64,000 nucleotides of DNA from Octopus sinensis (GCF_006345805.1 NC_043003.1:69564001-69628000); one strand, 5' to 3'; positions 12,214 through 25,316 are shown, numbered from the stretch's first letter. Notes: a model not told the origin generated them from the sequence alone. Translations and numbers: made by a program.

Positions 12214-14339
12214 CACAGCCTAAATTTCATACCAACATATCAAGACCCATTTAAACCTTTCTCCACAAAATTTACTGTATCTCATTGAGGACTCTAACAT
12301 GCAGCGACTTTTATCGTTGTTATTGTTTAGCCCTAAATCAAGGTTGATCGACCAGATTTGTTATCAAAGACGTACCTGGCGTCACCATCGTATCTATATA
12401 TTATTTATTTATAACATCCGTGTCATTTCAATTTTTTAATATATGAGATATTTGCGGCTAAGTCGATCGAGAGCTTGAGGACAGTGTCACAGTCTAGAAC
12501 AATTAGCGTAAATGATACGGGATATGTGGATTGCACAAGCAGCGTCCGGGTAAAAAAAAAAGTCACAAGGGAAAAAGTCGAAAATTCAGCTAGGAAAATA
12601 GTCAATTTCTTTCAATAACGTGAACAATTAAATACAACAAAAGATATTTTAACTCACTTATTAACTGACAGCGCATGACTTTGTTGCAATGGGAGTTATT
12701 GATCAACATTTCCGCTAAGTAAGATTACTATGGATCAAGCTGGGTTGCGTGTGTTGCAAACACGAACGAAACTCGCAAACATTTTGTAATATATTCATTT
12801 AGTGGAAGGTTGTCTACACACGCGCTGAATCAAACTGTTTTAAATATGTACTATTTAAATGTGTGCTTGCATGTCATTGTTCAGTTTTATTTCCTGATTT
12901 CTTGCCAATAGAGTAAGAGCTGGTTTCTAACCTAGATCCAAGGCTCCTTCATTGGAATTTCAACATCAACAACAGTGCATTTTTGTTCGTATGTATGCCA
13001 CTGAAACGGTGCATCCAGGAGAAAACGGATTAGATTTTCGAAATCTGCATCCCAAAGACAAGGTTTTCAGTAAATAGTAATAAAATATAATACGAGAAAT
13101 GACTCGACTTTCAGATCGCCATATCTACCTCTCTGTCTCTTTATCTTTTACGTTTTCCCCCTTTTATGTATATATTTGCCACACTCTCTCTTACTCTGCT
13201 CATTTATATCTCTTACACGTGCTTTTCTATCTCGATTGATTGATATTATGACATGTAATTTCATTCATTTTGTTTAAAACTTCGTCGTCGTAATGTGTTT
13301 GCTTTCGTTTTGTGATAGACAATGGCATTATATTTATATTCACTATTTTTTTCTTTTATATTGATAACTAAGACATTAAATATTATAGCTAGCACTACCA
13401 AGAAACTCTGCCACAGTTATGTGTGTAGATGTTTGTCTACTAACGACTACCGGGCTGTGGTAAGTTGCCTGAGGGCGAAATCAGTAATCCAGTTTCGATT
13501 CCTAATCAATTATTTCACAGTTGCTATTCACACACCTCTTTAAGTGAAATGCACAACTTCAAAATAACTTTCCGTTTAAATGTATTTCAGTAAAAAAAAA
13601 AAAAAAATCAATTTTATTATTTTGTTTCCAGTTGTTCATGCTTCCTAGAAAAATGAAATATTAATATTGGAATGTGTATTTAATATCTTGTTCAACCAGT
13701 GCAGATTTTTAAGCAAAGGTGAAACTTTGTCCTAGTCAATCCAATATTATCAACAAATCCTTCTAGATGTATTGCGTTCAACCATAAGTAAAATATTTTG
13801 GAGATGTACTTGTTAGACAAGTGACTTGAGACCGCGTGTGGAAGCTGAAGCAATTACAGCGTGGAGAAATACTAGCCATTGGAAAACACAAAAATTGCCA
13901 ACTTTATTTCATCATTTAATTGGTTGACGAAAATTTTGTCATCAGATAATAAATGTGGGAGGCTAATTAGGCTTGTAGCCCAAAACTAAAGAGAGCTAAA
14001 TATCATGACCATAATACGTCTATATACCCCGATGGTGTTTGGTGAGAGGTTAAGGACGGACGAAAATTAATTCTATAAGGCAATCATTCTATTGTTCTAG
14101 TCCCAAGTTGAATTCCAACTGTTGACCAATGTAGAGATGAGAGAATAGCTTAAATTTTCTATATTATATACAAGTGAGTGTGAAAAATTAGTGCCTGTTT
14201 TCTTTTGAAGACTTTTGCTGACGAGGTCACATAAAGCAGGAACATGCGGAGTTATCTCCCGTTTTTTGCTAAAAAAAGATTAAATATTGAGCTAGTGTTG
14301 TTTTCTTTTCTTTCGTTATCGCATAAGTATTACTAATTC

Positions 14340-14940
14340 TATATTTAAGAGACGGGGAATTATGTACATTATTTACATTTGACGGATATTTGTTCTCATT
14401 TTGTTTGTTAACGTTTCGCTGATATACCTATTTCTTTATTACCCACAAGGGGCTAAACACAGAGGGGACAAACAAGGACAGACATAGGTATTAAGTCAAT
14501 TACATCGACCCCAGTGCGTAACTGGTACTTAATTTATCGACCCCGAAAGGATGAAAGGCAAAGTCGACCTCGGCGGAATTTGAACTCACAACGTAACGCA
14601 GACGAAATACCGCTAAGCATTTCGCCCGGCGTGCTAACGTCAGCCTTCAACAGGTGTCTTGGGGAAATTTCGAACCGGGATTCTACTTTCTTAAGGTTGG
14701 AATCGAACTCGGAATCTTGGGGTTAGCACGCGCTCTTAACCACTAGTAACCCCAAGATTCCGAGTTTGATTCCAGGCAGTGACCTGAATAATAATAATAA
14801 CATCGAAAACTACATTAAGAGTGAGAACCCGGGTTCGAAATTTCCCCAAGACACTTGATGAAGCCTGGAGGGTATATCAGCCGAAACGTGTTAACAACAA
14901 ACATGATGAGGACAAATATCCGTCAAATGTAAATGATATA
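14340..14940. mobile_element. Head-to-head pair of tRNA-headed SINEs with a hammerhead-like 3' part; the minus copy is interrupted by another SINE (about 14434-14640)
   Basis: Inverted copies meet near 14745. They share a tRNA-like head, a central body and a GATGA...GAAAC tail; the (AAT)n tract is seen in the plus copy and in the 41860-42117 copy. Confidence 0.7.
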
Positions 14941-17383
14941 TATTACTAATTAGTTATGCAATGCTCACTATAATAACATTAATTTAAATGAAAATGTACT
15001 TTAGTCAGATTTGATTATATCTATTCATTAAAATAATTATATACCTAATAAATATAAATCTTATTAACTTTTCTTTTCCAAATATCTCAAAGACGAAAAT
15101 TGATTTATTGTCAGAAAGATGAAAAATTGTAACGTTTCGTGTAAAGGTATTCAATTTGCTTGCTCGGAATCTTAATCTTCACTGTAAATCAATATATTTC
15201 CCTTTTGAACTGTTTAAAGTTACAATTTTATTTTTACGTAGACCATTACTAGTTTTTTAGAATCCTGTTTTTTTTTTTTTGAAAGAAGGAAAAAAATTCA
15301 CAAGATAGAAGTCGCTCGACCGGAGAACCACAAGACTAATAGTTTTTTTTTTTCCTGGTGGCGTCGGCTGGAATATATATATCTTAGTCATCAGCAGTGA
15401 ATATACTGAATATACAAAATAATGCCACGATACTATGTTAAATGTTTTCAATCCTCATGAATTGTCAACAAATGACTGAAATTTTTTGTTTCTTTTTCTT
15501 ATTATGCGTAAGAAATTAAATAAAAAGGGCTCCCCACCGCTCAATGTGTCTAATGCCACCAAATATAAATTGTGTACGAGTCACGTACTGTTAGTTAATA
15601 ACTAATTTAAAATATTTTTTGTTTTATTATTTTGATTATAGCATTTAAATAAAATATGACCTTCTTTCAGTGACTTTTTTCTCGGACACCATTTATGCCG
15701 AGTGAATCATGTCTGCATTTCTATCTTCTGAGGAAGCCTTTTGTTTATAGACTCATATTACTCTCTGGGAATAGCAGGAATAACAGTTTTCTATGTCCTT
15801 TAACGGACCATTGGGTCACCGCCACAGTTCTTTTGTATATTTAGTACGTCAAGTAAAAGTCGACCACACGGAGCCTGCTTCTTTTGAAGCCATTTAAAAA
15901 CTAACAAAACATTTACAATGATACTTCTGTTTACTGAAGTAAGTTGTTCATATTTTGGGTTACCTATTTACAACTTCCTCTTTTAACAAAGTAATGAAAC
16001 GGCCTACATTTGGGTTTTGTGCCATACTCAAATTTAAACCGCTGGTTTTATTCGGATATGAAATGTGAGGTAGCTTTAGTTCGAGTGACAGCCATCGAAT
16101 GAGCTGAATACCAATAAAGATTTCGTTGGGTGGTTCGATTGCTCTAAAATTTAAGGTAGTATTACTTGTTTATTAATGTTCTATTTCAAGGTTGGGCTGC
16201 TTTAAAAGTGATACACCGATACAGTAAAAGCAAAACAGCAGGTTAGTTTGAAGCCATATCAAATATCTTGACAGTTTCATTCATCGGATAATGTTGCTGA
16301 AATGGGAGGTAAGTGAATAGGTAAGGGAAGTTTGGAATCTGAGGATAGTAATGAGGGTTTGTGTCTCCAACTATAGACTGAAAAGTGTGCATAACACCGG
16401 ATAAGCTTAATTACCATGAAGAGTAGAAAGTGTAACGTTCTAGTCTCTTACACTTCAACAGAGAGTAAAAGAAAAAGGTGGAGCGTGACACAGTTATTCG
16501 TTCAAAAGCTCCGAGTAAACTTGACATTTTTGTGCGTTTAATTTCTAAAATTATTTATGGTAGGATCACAAAAGAAAAATTTACACCATGTGCCTATTAT
16601 GTATGGTTTCTCGCTGGTTCGATCTCTGAATTGTAAGACAGGAGATTGTGGTGTCATCTAGGTAAACAGATGCCTTCGTCTTTTTCGCCGCTCTGGTGAA
16701 GGATTAACATGCTAATGGGGTTTACACTCCTCACCACACATGGTAACTAAAATTATGTCATTTCTGGGACCCTCTTTTTGTCTAATATATAAAGATATAT
16801 ATATATATATAATTTTGATAGTTAGGTGTGTATGTATGTATATCTATCAATCAATCATGTATAACATGTGCTCAGGTCAAACAATTGCATCAACTCCGAT
16901 ATTAAGTGCAAAGATACAGGCCCTGCCTAAATTAGTTCCTATGGCTATAGGTCGACTGATGTGCGTATCATGAAACAAAAAGTATGGTATGTTTATATAT
17001 CTCTATTCAATGTTATAAATTAATGATTTGATAACCTGAGTCTAACTGTTCATGCTTTTATGTATCTGTCTCTTTGATGATACAAACTAGACGAATACAT
17101 TGCTTTTGTTTATTTGCTTTGGAGTTATAAGGTGTGACACAAGGACCAAGGTTTCATGTTACAGCTACACAGCAATTGTCAATTTGTAAAGTAAAATGGC
17201 ATCAGTTATAGAAATGGAAGCAAGTTCACAGAAGCACACTTCTTACTATACTCGTCACCAAAAAGACTGAAAATTGATTTCTTATGACATACAATTGCTA
17301 ACAATCGACAATATCGGCTCCAGTTAATTTTCAACTATAAATTTTGTCGAACACGGAAAGTTGAAGAGCAAAGTTGATCCATC

Positions 17384-17785
17384 GGATCTTTTCGGTTTGA
17401 ATGGCAGTTTTTTCTAGCGGTGTCATATGAAATTGTCACCCATAATTATGACCCTAGTATCGATCTATTGCATTTCAATCTATTTTAGGGTTAGGGTGGG
17501 GGAAGGGTATCTTTTTTTCTTCAGAAATGTAAATAAACCCAATCTGTTTCTTAAACGAGGGACATTTTCATACGGCACAGAATGTTTTCATCTCAATAGA
17601 CGTCATTGATTGGTTGAAATTGAAGAAAAAAACAACAACAAATATCTTACAAACTATAGAATTTTCTCAATAAAGCCAAGAGAAAAAAATGTTTTATAAA
17701 CACATTCTACCAGTATACGAAATTTAAAAGTGTTTAGTTACGTGGAAATTATTAAAAAAAACTGCCGTTCAAACCGAAAAGATCC
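17384..17785. mobile_element. Merlin-like MITE copy 2
   Basis: Same TIR family, 8-bp TSD gatccatc. Confidence 0.8.
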
Positions 17786-18148
17786 GATCCATCTTATATG
17801 TGAACTCGGAATAGCGAAGAATGAAACATTTGGTCAGGTATTTTGCTGTTTCCGCTTTCTTTCGATACTGAATAATTATGAATCAGTTAAAGAAAACCAG
17901 GCTTAATTGCCATGGTCTATGTCGATATTCTCTTTGTGCAGCATGTATTCATGTCAGGCCAACAGGTAGTCGTGTGTTATAAAAGCAAATCAATGTTGAT
18001 GATTCTTTATTACCCACTAGGGGCGACACAGAGGGGGACACCAAGAGACATAGAACATTATAATTAAAATTTATGAAAATGAATTGTTAAACGAAAAAAT
18101 GATAAAATGAAAGCGATACCAAAGCAAATCAATGTTACGGTGTTAGTG

Positions 18149-18238
18149 AAGATGGCGGCCATTTAGATTTAGATCCAAGCACGTGCGTTCATGTTTACGA
18201 TGAAAGCAATCAATAGACAAACAGTTTTCGGCGCCAAA
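18149..18238 (+). promoter_or_regulatory. Promoter-like motif cluster: YY1 site, E-box, E2F site
   Basis: AAGATGGCGGCC at 18149-18160, CACGTG at 18180-18185 and GCGCCAAA (TTTGGCGC on minus) at 18231-18238, all within 90 bp of non-repeat DNA and followed by a strong donor at 18302. Confidence 0.5.
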
Positions 18239-18258
18239 GTTTAAGCTATTAGGGAACA

Positions 18259-19833
18259 ATGTATTGCGTAAAAAAATTTCTAACAGGTAGAGAGCAACCA
18301 GGTAAGGTGTTCACTAATTAGCTAAAGTTATTGCAACAACAACAAAAAATGGATTAAAAAAAAATTTACATTTTTATTATTGTTTCGGATTTTAATAATT
18401 CTCACTAAGCAATTTTGCTTTTCGTTTTATCTTAACAAGGCAGCAGCTGGTGCGATAGTCATGCTAAAGGGTTTATAATGTGTTTCCAAAGGTTTTATGG
18501 TATGATTAAAGTGAAATGGCATCAACTGGGAATGTTAGGGTTAAAAAGATATTTTTTTTGTTTCTGTCATTTGACTGCGGTTATACTGGGGCATCGCATT
18601 GAAAGGTTTTAGTTGAGCAAATTTACGCTAGTACTTATTTTTAAAGCCTGGTTATTCTATCGGCTATTTTTGCCGAACCACAGAGTTACGGGAACATACA
18701 CTAACCAACACCGGTTGTTAAGCAGTGATGGGATACTGAAAGAGACACGTAGGATCTTTTCGTTTTGAACGGCAGTTTTCAACACAATTTCTAGTTAACT
18801 AAACACTTTTAAACTTCGTATACTGGTAGAATGTGTTTATAAAACATAATTTTTTCTTGGCTTTATTGAGAAAATTCTACAGTTTGTAAGATATTTCCAT
18901 TTTAAAATCGAGCATTTCGGCAATTTTAACCAATCGCTGGAGTCCATTTGGGGTGAAAACATTCCGTGCTGTATGAATATGTCCCTCGTTTAAGAAACAT
19001 ATTGGGTTTATTTACATTTGCAAAGAAAAAAAGATACCCTTCCCCAACCCCTAAAACAAATTGAAATGCAATAGATCGATACTAGGGTTATAATTATGGG
19101 TGACATTTTCATTTGACACTGCGAGAAAAAAATCTCATTTTCCGTAGCAGTGTCTTAGAATTTTCTCAATAAAGCCAAGAAAAAATGATGTTTTATAAAC
19201 ACATTCTACCAGTATATGAAGTTTAAAAGTGTTTAGTTAACTAGAAATCGTGTTGACATATGCTGTTCAAAAGGAAAAGATCCAACACATATATGCATAC
19301 ATGTATATACGACGGGTTTCTTTCAGTTTCCGTCTACCAAATCCACTCAAAGCTTTGGCCGGCCTGTGGCTATAGTAGAAAACTCTTGCACATGGTGCCA
19401 CTCATTGGGGTTGAACTTGGAACCATGTCGTTGAGAAACTAACTTCTTATTGCACGGCCATGCATGTGCCTATACATGTGTTGTGTGTGTATGTGTATAT
19501 ATACACATCCCGGCCAACGCATCCCTTGTGATTTAATGGCAGTGCCTCAGCATGGCCACAGCTCGTGAGCTGAAACTAAATGAAATATATGTGTGTGTGT
19601 ATGTATATATATATGTTTGTGTGTGTATGTATATGTATGTATACTTGTTTCAGTCATTTGACTGCGCCCATGTTGGAGCACCGCCTTTAGTCGAGCAACT
19701 CGACCCCAGGACTTATTCTTTTTGTAAGCCCAGTACTTATTCTATCGGTCTCTTTTTGCCGAACCGCTAAGTGACGGGGACGTAAACACACCAGCATCGG
19801 TTGTCAAGTAATGCTAGGGGAACAGACACACAA

Positions 19834-19871
<38 letters not shown>

Positions 19872-22800
19872 ATATATACGACAGGCTTCTTTCAGTTTCC
19901 GTCTACCAAATCCACTCACAAGGCTTTGGTCGGCCCGGGGCTATAGCAGAAGACACTTGCCCAAGATGCCACGCAGTGGGACTGAACCGGAACCATGTGG
20001 TTGGTTAGCAAGCTACTTACCACACATCCTTGTCTAGACATCATATGATGGTTGTAAATTACAAGTGAGATTGCTCATTTCCAATATTCTCTGAAATGCT
20101 TTATCTCGTTCTGGAACAACATTATCTCGCTGTGGAAACAAGCTAGGGTTAATGACAGAAAGGTTGTCCAGCTGTAGAAAACCTGGCTCAGTAAATTTTG
20201 CCTGACTGATGCAGGCATGGAAAAGAGGATGTTAAATGATGCTGAATGTAATATTTCAGGATTTACATTTGCCTTCTGTTTTTTGAAGGTTGAAATCTGT
20301 TAAGATTGAGTGACAGAAAAAGAACTATGTTGAGCTAAATATCTTTCAGGGTTTACTTCTGCCTTGTGTTCTTGGGGTCCAGATTTCATCAGATTTGGTT
20401 ATGGCTTCCATGAAGACTCATTACAAATAGATATCAATAATATGCCAGGTCAATCCAAAGTATTTGGTGACCTTGTTGGTGCTGGTACCACATAAAAAGT
20501 ACCTGATACACTCTGTAAAGTGATTGGTATTAAGGAAGGGCATGTACCTGGAGAAACCAAGCCAAAACATAATTGAACTTAGTAGTGCAACCTCTGGTCT
20601 TACCAGATCCTCTTGAGCCATCCAACTCATGCCAGCATGGAAAACGGACAAACCCTTTCGTACCGTATTTATTTTGAGATTCTCTGTGTTTCTTTCAATT
20701 AATTTTAAATACAAAGAATTTAGTAAAATTAAGCTAGTGTTAGGAACATAAATTGTGACTAAGGTTTGGTGGAAGATTTTACTTCAAAACTTATGAAAAC
20801 AAGACATTTGTACACAGAGCCAGAAGTGGTTTCAGCCAGTTTGGTAAGGAAAGGGTTAAAGAGCTCAGAACTTGGAGATAGAAATTAAAACAGAACTGGA
20901 AAACATACAATACAGACATGGCAAATACCTTCTTTTTTCAGGACATTTCTACTACAAAGCCAGAGCCGGTTTCAGCCAGGTTGCTATTAAATGGGTTAAA
21001 TGATGATGATAATGAATGTCATTAATTAATCCCTGCTTTTTTATCTAAAGAACTAACCTTTAGCGTAGTTGGTAACAATGCCTTTTTGTTTATCCCCAGG
21101 TAAATTCTGAGTGAATTTATTCTCAAAGGCATTCTGGCTATTACTACTACATTTTTTTCCTAAACTCAATGCACCCAGGATCACAGGAGCCAGCGTGTCC
21201 TGCTTTATTAAGATAACAATGTGATTTGCGGGAGGGTTTTCTATTGGCTTTGTCAAGAGGACAATGAAGAGGCTCCCTCACTAGCTTTCAGTGCATAGTT
21301 CCAAAATGCTATTGGGTTACTGAGATATCACTGAAAATTCAGCTTTCATGTAAGGATTCATGAGAAATACTTATCAAGTATTGGGGTCAATTTAACTGAT
21401 ACACATGTCATCCAGGCTTCTTCACACACAGCCACCATGGTTGGGTATTGTGAGCAAGTCTTCTTATTACTATTTCTGTTTTAGGGATGGATGAAAAGTA
21501 ACACCCCAGTTATTATTAGATTTACAAGGCAATGTTGGAATAATGCTGCACATGGATGTGTGGTAAGAAGCTTGCTTCTCAACCACATAGTTCCAGGTTC
21601 AACCCCTGCGTGGCACCTTGGGCAAATGTCTTCTATTATTGCTTTGGGCTGACTAAATTCTTGTGAGGGGATTTGGTTGGCAGAAACTGAAAGAAGCCCG
21701 TAGTATATATGTATATGTTTGTGCGTCTGTGTTTGCCCCCCCCCCCCCCACCACACACCATTGCTTGACAACCGATGTTGGTATGTTTACATCCCTGTAA
21801 ATTAGCGGTTCAGCAAAAGAGACCGATACAATAAGTCCTGGGGTCGATTTGTTTGACTAGAGGCAGTGCTCCAGCATGGCCACATTCAAATGACTGAAAG
21901 AGGTAAAAGAATAAAAAAAAATATCCTATAATTGTGAAACATTCTTCACGGTATCCAGTTGAGAAAAAGATGTGAATATTATGCCTTGGCCTTAAACAAT
22001 GAAGTGGTTATGACCGCATCTAAACAGTTAATCTATCTTGGATGATAAATAACTTAGACATGCAGTCTGCATGAAATAACAAAAGCTAAGTTAGCATTAA
22101 CACTATTAAAACAGAGAGCATTAAAAAGCTATCAAAAAGTAATTATACAGTGATGAGTGAACTGCAGATCTTTACCTTTTATCCGTTCTGGGTCGATAAA
22201 ATAAGTACAAGTTGCGTGATGGGGTCCACGTAATCGACTTACCCCCACTCCACCGAAATTGCTGGCCTTGTGCCAAAATTTGAAACAATTTTTTCCGATT
22301 ATTTGTAAGGGAGATAACTCCTGGAATTTTTTATTTTTTAAAATATGACGTCAAAGAAGCATACACAAGTTTTCTGTTATGATTCTATTCATACCTCGGA
22401 TACTGTACAGACATATTAAATCGACACCCGTACTTATCTGGTACTTTATTTTATTGACTCTGGAAGATTAAAAGGCATTTATGACTTTGACGGTATTTGA
22501 ACTCAGAACGTAAAGAACCGTAACTTAATGCTGCAGATATTTTGTTTGGTTTACTAATGAATTAAGCCATTATGTCACCTTACAGGAAAGGCATCTGGTT
22601 GGAGAATATCTGCTTCAACAAATTCTGGATCTTTTCGGTTTGAACGGCAGTTTTTTCTAGCGGTATCATATGAAATTGTCACCCATAATTATGACCCTAG
22701 TATCGATCTATTGCATTTCAATCTGTTTTAGGGTTAGGATTAGGGGTGGGGGGAAGAGTATCTTTTTTTCTTCAGAAATGTAAATAAACCCAATCTGTTT

Positions 22801-24258
22801 CTTAAACGAGGGACATATTCATACGGCACAGAATGTTTTTTTTTACCTCAATGGACGTCATTGATTGGTTAAAATTGCAGAAATTGAAGGAAAAAACAAC
22901 AAATATCTTACAAACTATAGAATTTTCTCAATAAAGCCAAGAGAAAAGATGTTTTATAAACACATTCTACCAGTATAAGAAGTTTAAAATTTTTTAGTTA
23001 CCTAGAAATTATGTTAAAAACTGCCGTTCAAACCAAAAAGATCCCAAATTCTGTCTGAACTCATGCAAGTATGGAAAACAGCCATTAAATGATGGTGATA
23101 TAGTATACACAATGCAGTGTGAACCCTAAGTATATTGGCGTTTTTACTGTGACACAATCAGTTCCTCAAGACCCATTGTGCCGCATTTTGTCACAGAATA
23201 GGATTAAGCAGAAAATATATTGGTCTTTCTCTCCTTGAAAATAGTGGTAAATGAGAGTTTATACATTTGAAAATACCAGAACACTGACGTTTTGAGGGAG
23301 TTAAACAGTTTAGATAGATTTTTATTTGAACAGAATGCAGTACAGTAGAGCTTATCTTAATTACAAAGCAATTAAACCTCTCTCTCTCTCCCCTTCTCCC
23401 TTTGAAAATGTTCACACAGGAATCTATCATGGTTTTAAAGGGATTAAACATATGATATATCTGTGAACCAAATGTCAATACACTGCATCTTATTGTAGTA
23501 GGGGATTAAACTGTTAAAAGGTCCCTTCTCCTCCCTCTGTGTGTGTGTGTGTGTGTACAGAACGCTAATACACAAAATTTCAGAATTTTGAAGGTATTAA
23601 ATAGTTATAAGGTATTTGTGTGAATGGAAGCCAACAAGGAGGCCAGTGTATGGTTGCTCAACTTGCTAGAAGCAGCAACCAAATCTCTTAATTTTACACA
23701 GCCATCTTTCGAAGTCAGTAGAGAAAGTATAGCTGTGTGGTTAAGAAGCTTGCTTTGCAACCACATGGTTTTAGGTTCAGTCCTACTGTGTGGCATGGCA
23801 CCTTGGATGTCTTCTACTATAGCCTAGAACTGACCAATGATTTGTAAGGAAATTCGGTGGCAGAAACTTTGTGTGTGTGTGTGTTTATCCATCTTTGCCA
23901 ACTACTTGGCAACTGCTGTTGACTTGTTTACATCCCCATAACTTAGCAGTTCAGCAAGTAAGATTGATAGAATAAATATCAGACTTTAAAAAAAAAAAAA
24001 GTATTGGAGTGAATTGTTTGACTAAAACCCTTCAAGGTGGTGCCCCAGCATGACTTCAGTCCAATGACTGAAACGAGTAAAAGAAGAGTGTGTTGAAAAG
24101 AAAAATGGTCTGAGATGAAATTGATGAATAAAGTATCAGTTTGGGAGATGAATGGATAGAATAATTAGAAGATGAGATACCTTGTGAGTACTGTTCTAGC
24201 TCTTTGAGCCCTAAATTCAAAGATTACTTTAGACATTCTCTCAAGAGAAGTTCTTTAG
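18259..24258 (+). CDS. Candidate uncharacterised 88-aa protein, 5 exons: 18259-18301, 20350-20448, 21051-21099, 23197-23246, 24233-24258
   Basis: Phase-compatible GT-AG chain giving MYCVKKFLTGREQPGFTSALCSWGPDFIRFGYGFHEDSLQIDINNMPELTFSVVGNNAFLFIPRIGLSRKYIGLSLLENSDILSREVL*, with AATAAA at 24341. The exon 2 donor (GTCAAT) and exon 3 acceptor (AAG) are weak. No homologue recognised. Confidence 0.3.
18752..19283. mobile_element. Merlin-like MITE copy 3 (chimeric internal structure)
   Basis: Same TIR family, degenerate TSD gacacgta/aacacata. Contains an inverted copy-2-type body plus a second arm. Confidence 0.75.
19643..20026 (-). mobile_element. tRNA-derived SINE family A, full-length copy
   Basis: Head gtggtaagtagcttgct...ggttcagtccc, body gggcaagtgtcttctgctatagcc, tail aaatgactgaaacaagt. 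More copies at about 21552-21915, 23727-24090, 38684-39047 and 44838-45195. Confidence 0.85.
20653..20855. mobile_element. piggyBac-like MITE (inverted relative to 60761)
   Basis: CCCTTT...AAAGGG termini with TTAA on the right; body homologous to 60761-60949. Confidence 0.65.
22627..23044. mobile_element. Merlin-like MITE copy 4
   Basis: Same TIR family, 8-bp TSD caaattct, colinear with copy 2. Confidence 0.8.
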
Positions 24259-24404
24259 TAAAATGTTCAAGTATATCATTTTCCATGTCAGCACAGAGCT
24301 CATAAGCGGAAGCATTGTTCCAGAAAGAACTATGCATTTGAATAAATAAATCCATCCAACTATATTCTGCACTCATTATTTCTGGGAAAGTTTACAGAGG
24401 TTAG

Positions 24405-24650
24405 AGTTCTCAGGTAGCTCTTCCATAGGGTCCTATCAGAAGCAACTATCATTACACTTTTCTGCTGGACACCCAAGCATGACCAACTATGAGACTATGG
24501 ATATCATCCAACCCTCTCTGTCTCTCTTAGGTCTCCTGCCAGTTGGCCCAGCTTGAAGAATCTCTCTTACAATTCTTTCCTGCAACATTCTAATCACATA
24601 TCCATGTTTGTGAAGCTGTACACTCTCAGTGTGCAGGTCCAGTACAAACA
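24405..24650 (-). mobile_element. RTE-clade LINE 3' fragment
   Basis: Minus strand reads HGYVIRMLQERIVREILQAGPTGRRP..., followed by a frameshifted SDRTLWKS. Confidence 0.65.
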
Positions 24651-25047
24651 CCAGGTTGGTGCCTGGTAGGAATTAGAATTCCACAAGCTGCAATGCGAAA
24701 AGGCTTCAAAAGAATAAACAAATGATTAGATATGACTCACCATTTTGTCTAATTATTTTATTTGTTTTTAATGTTTTTTTTTGTATTTATTTCATATAAA
24801 TGGGTAAGAAATTATAAATCTTTAACTATAAATTGTTCAATCATTCAAGTTGGAGTGACGAAAAAATTCAAAGTTCCAAACTAAATACTATCCCAAAATA
24901 TTAGTAAAACAAAGTACCAGGCTTAAAATTCATTTGACTAAAACTTTTTGAGTGCCCCAGCATAGTCGCAATCTACTGACTAAAACAAGTAATGGATGAA
25001 AAAATAAAGATATGCACATCTAAAAATAGAATCACTTATACAGCCAT

Positions 25048-25078
<31 letters not shown>

Positions 25079-25218
25079 TACCACATAAATACACTCATCT
25101 GTTCAGGTCATTTTTCTCAATAAAAAATTTAGCTTAAGCATTACCACCATATTTGATGGTACGTAAGATGCCCCCCACCCCCACCCCAACATGGCTCAAA
25201 AATCATCCCTTCACGTCC

Positions 25219-25224
25219 TTTATT
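25219..25224 (-). terminator. Putative polyadenylation signal of the DCDC1-like gene
   Basis: AATAAA on the minus strand about 95 nt past the phase-0 stop. The motif is common in AT-rich DNA. Confidence 0.3.
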
Positions 25225-25316
25225 GAAGTTGGGCTTCCCATAAGCTTTTAAGGCCCTGAAACCTTTTAGCTTGAATATTCATTGCTGTAATTAGAATTTG
25301 TCTAATATGTCTGTTT

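Noticed and set aside
15700-16400. Unique-looking tract with faint Gypsy RNase H-like words on the minus strand (FKWLQKKQAPCGRL)
   Set aside because: The similarity is too weak and fragmented to call. An HMM search against RT/RNase H profiles would be needed.
24533-24680. Plus-strand acceptor followed by an open frame of about 45 codons
   Set aside because: It is the antisense of an RTE 3' fragment.
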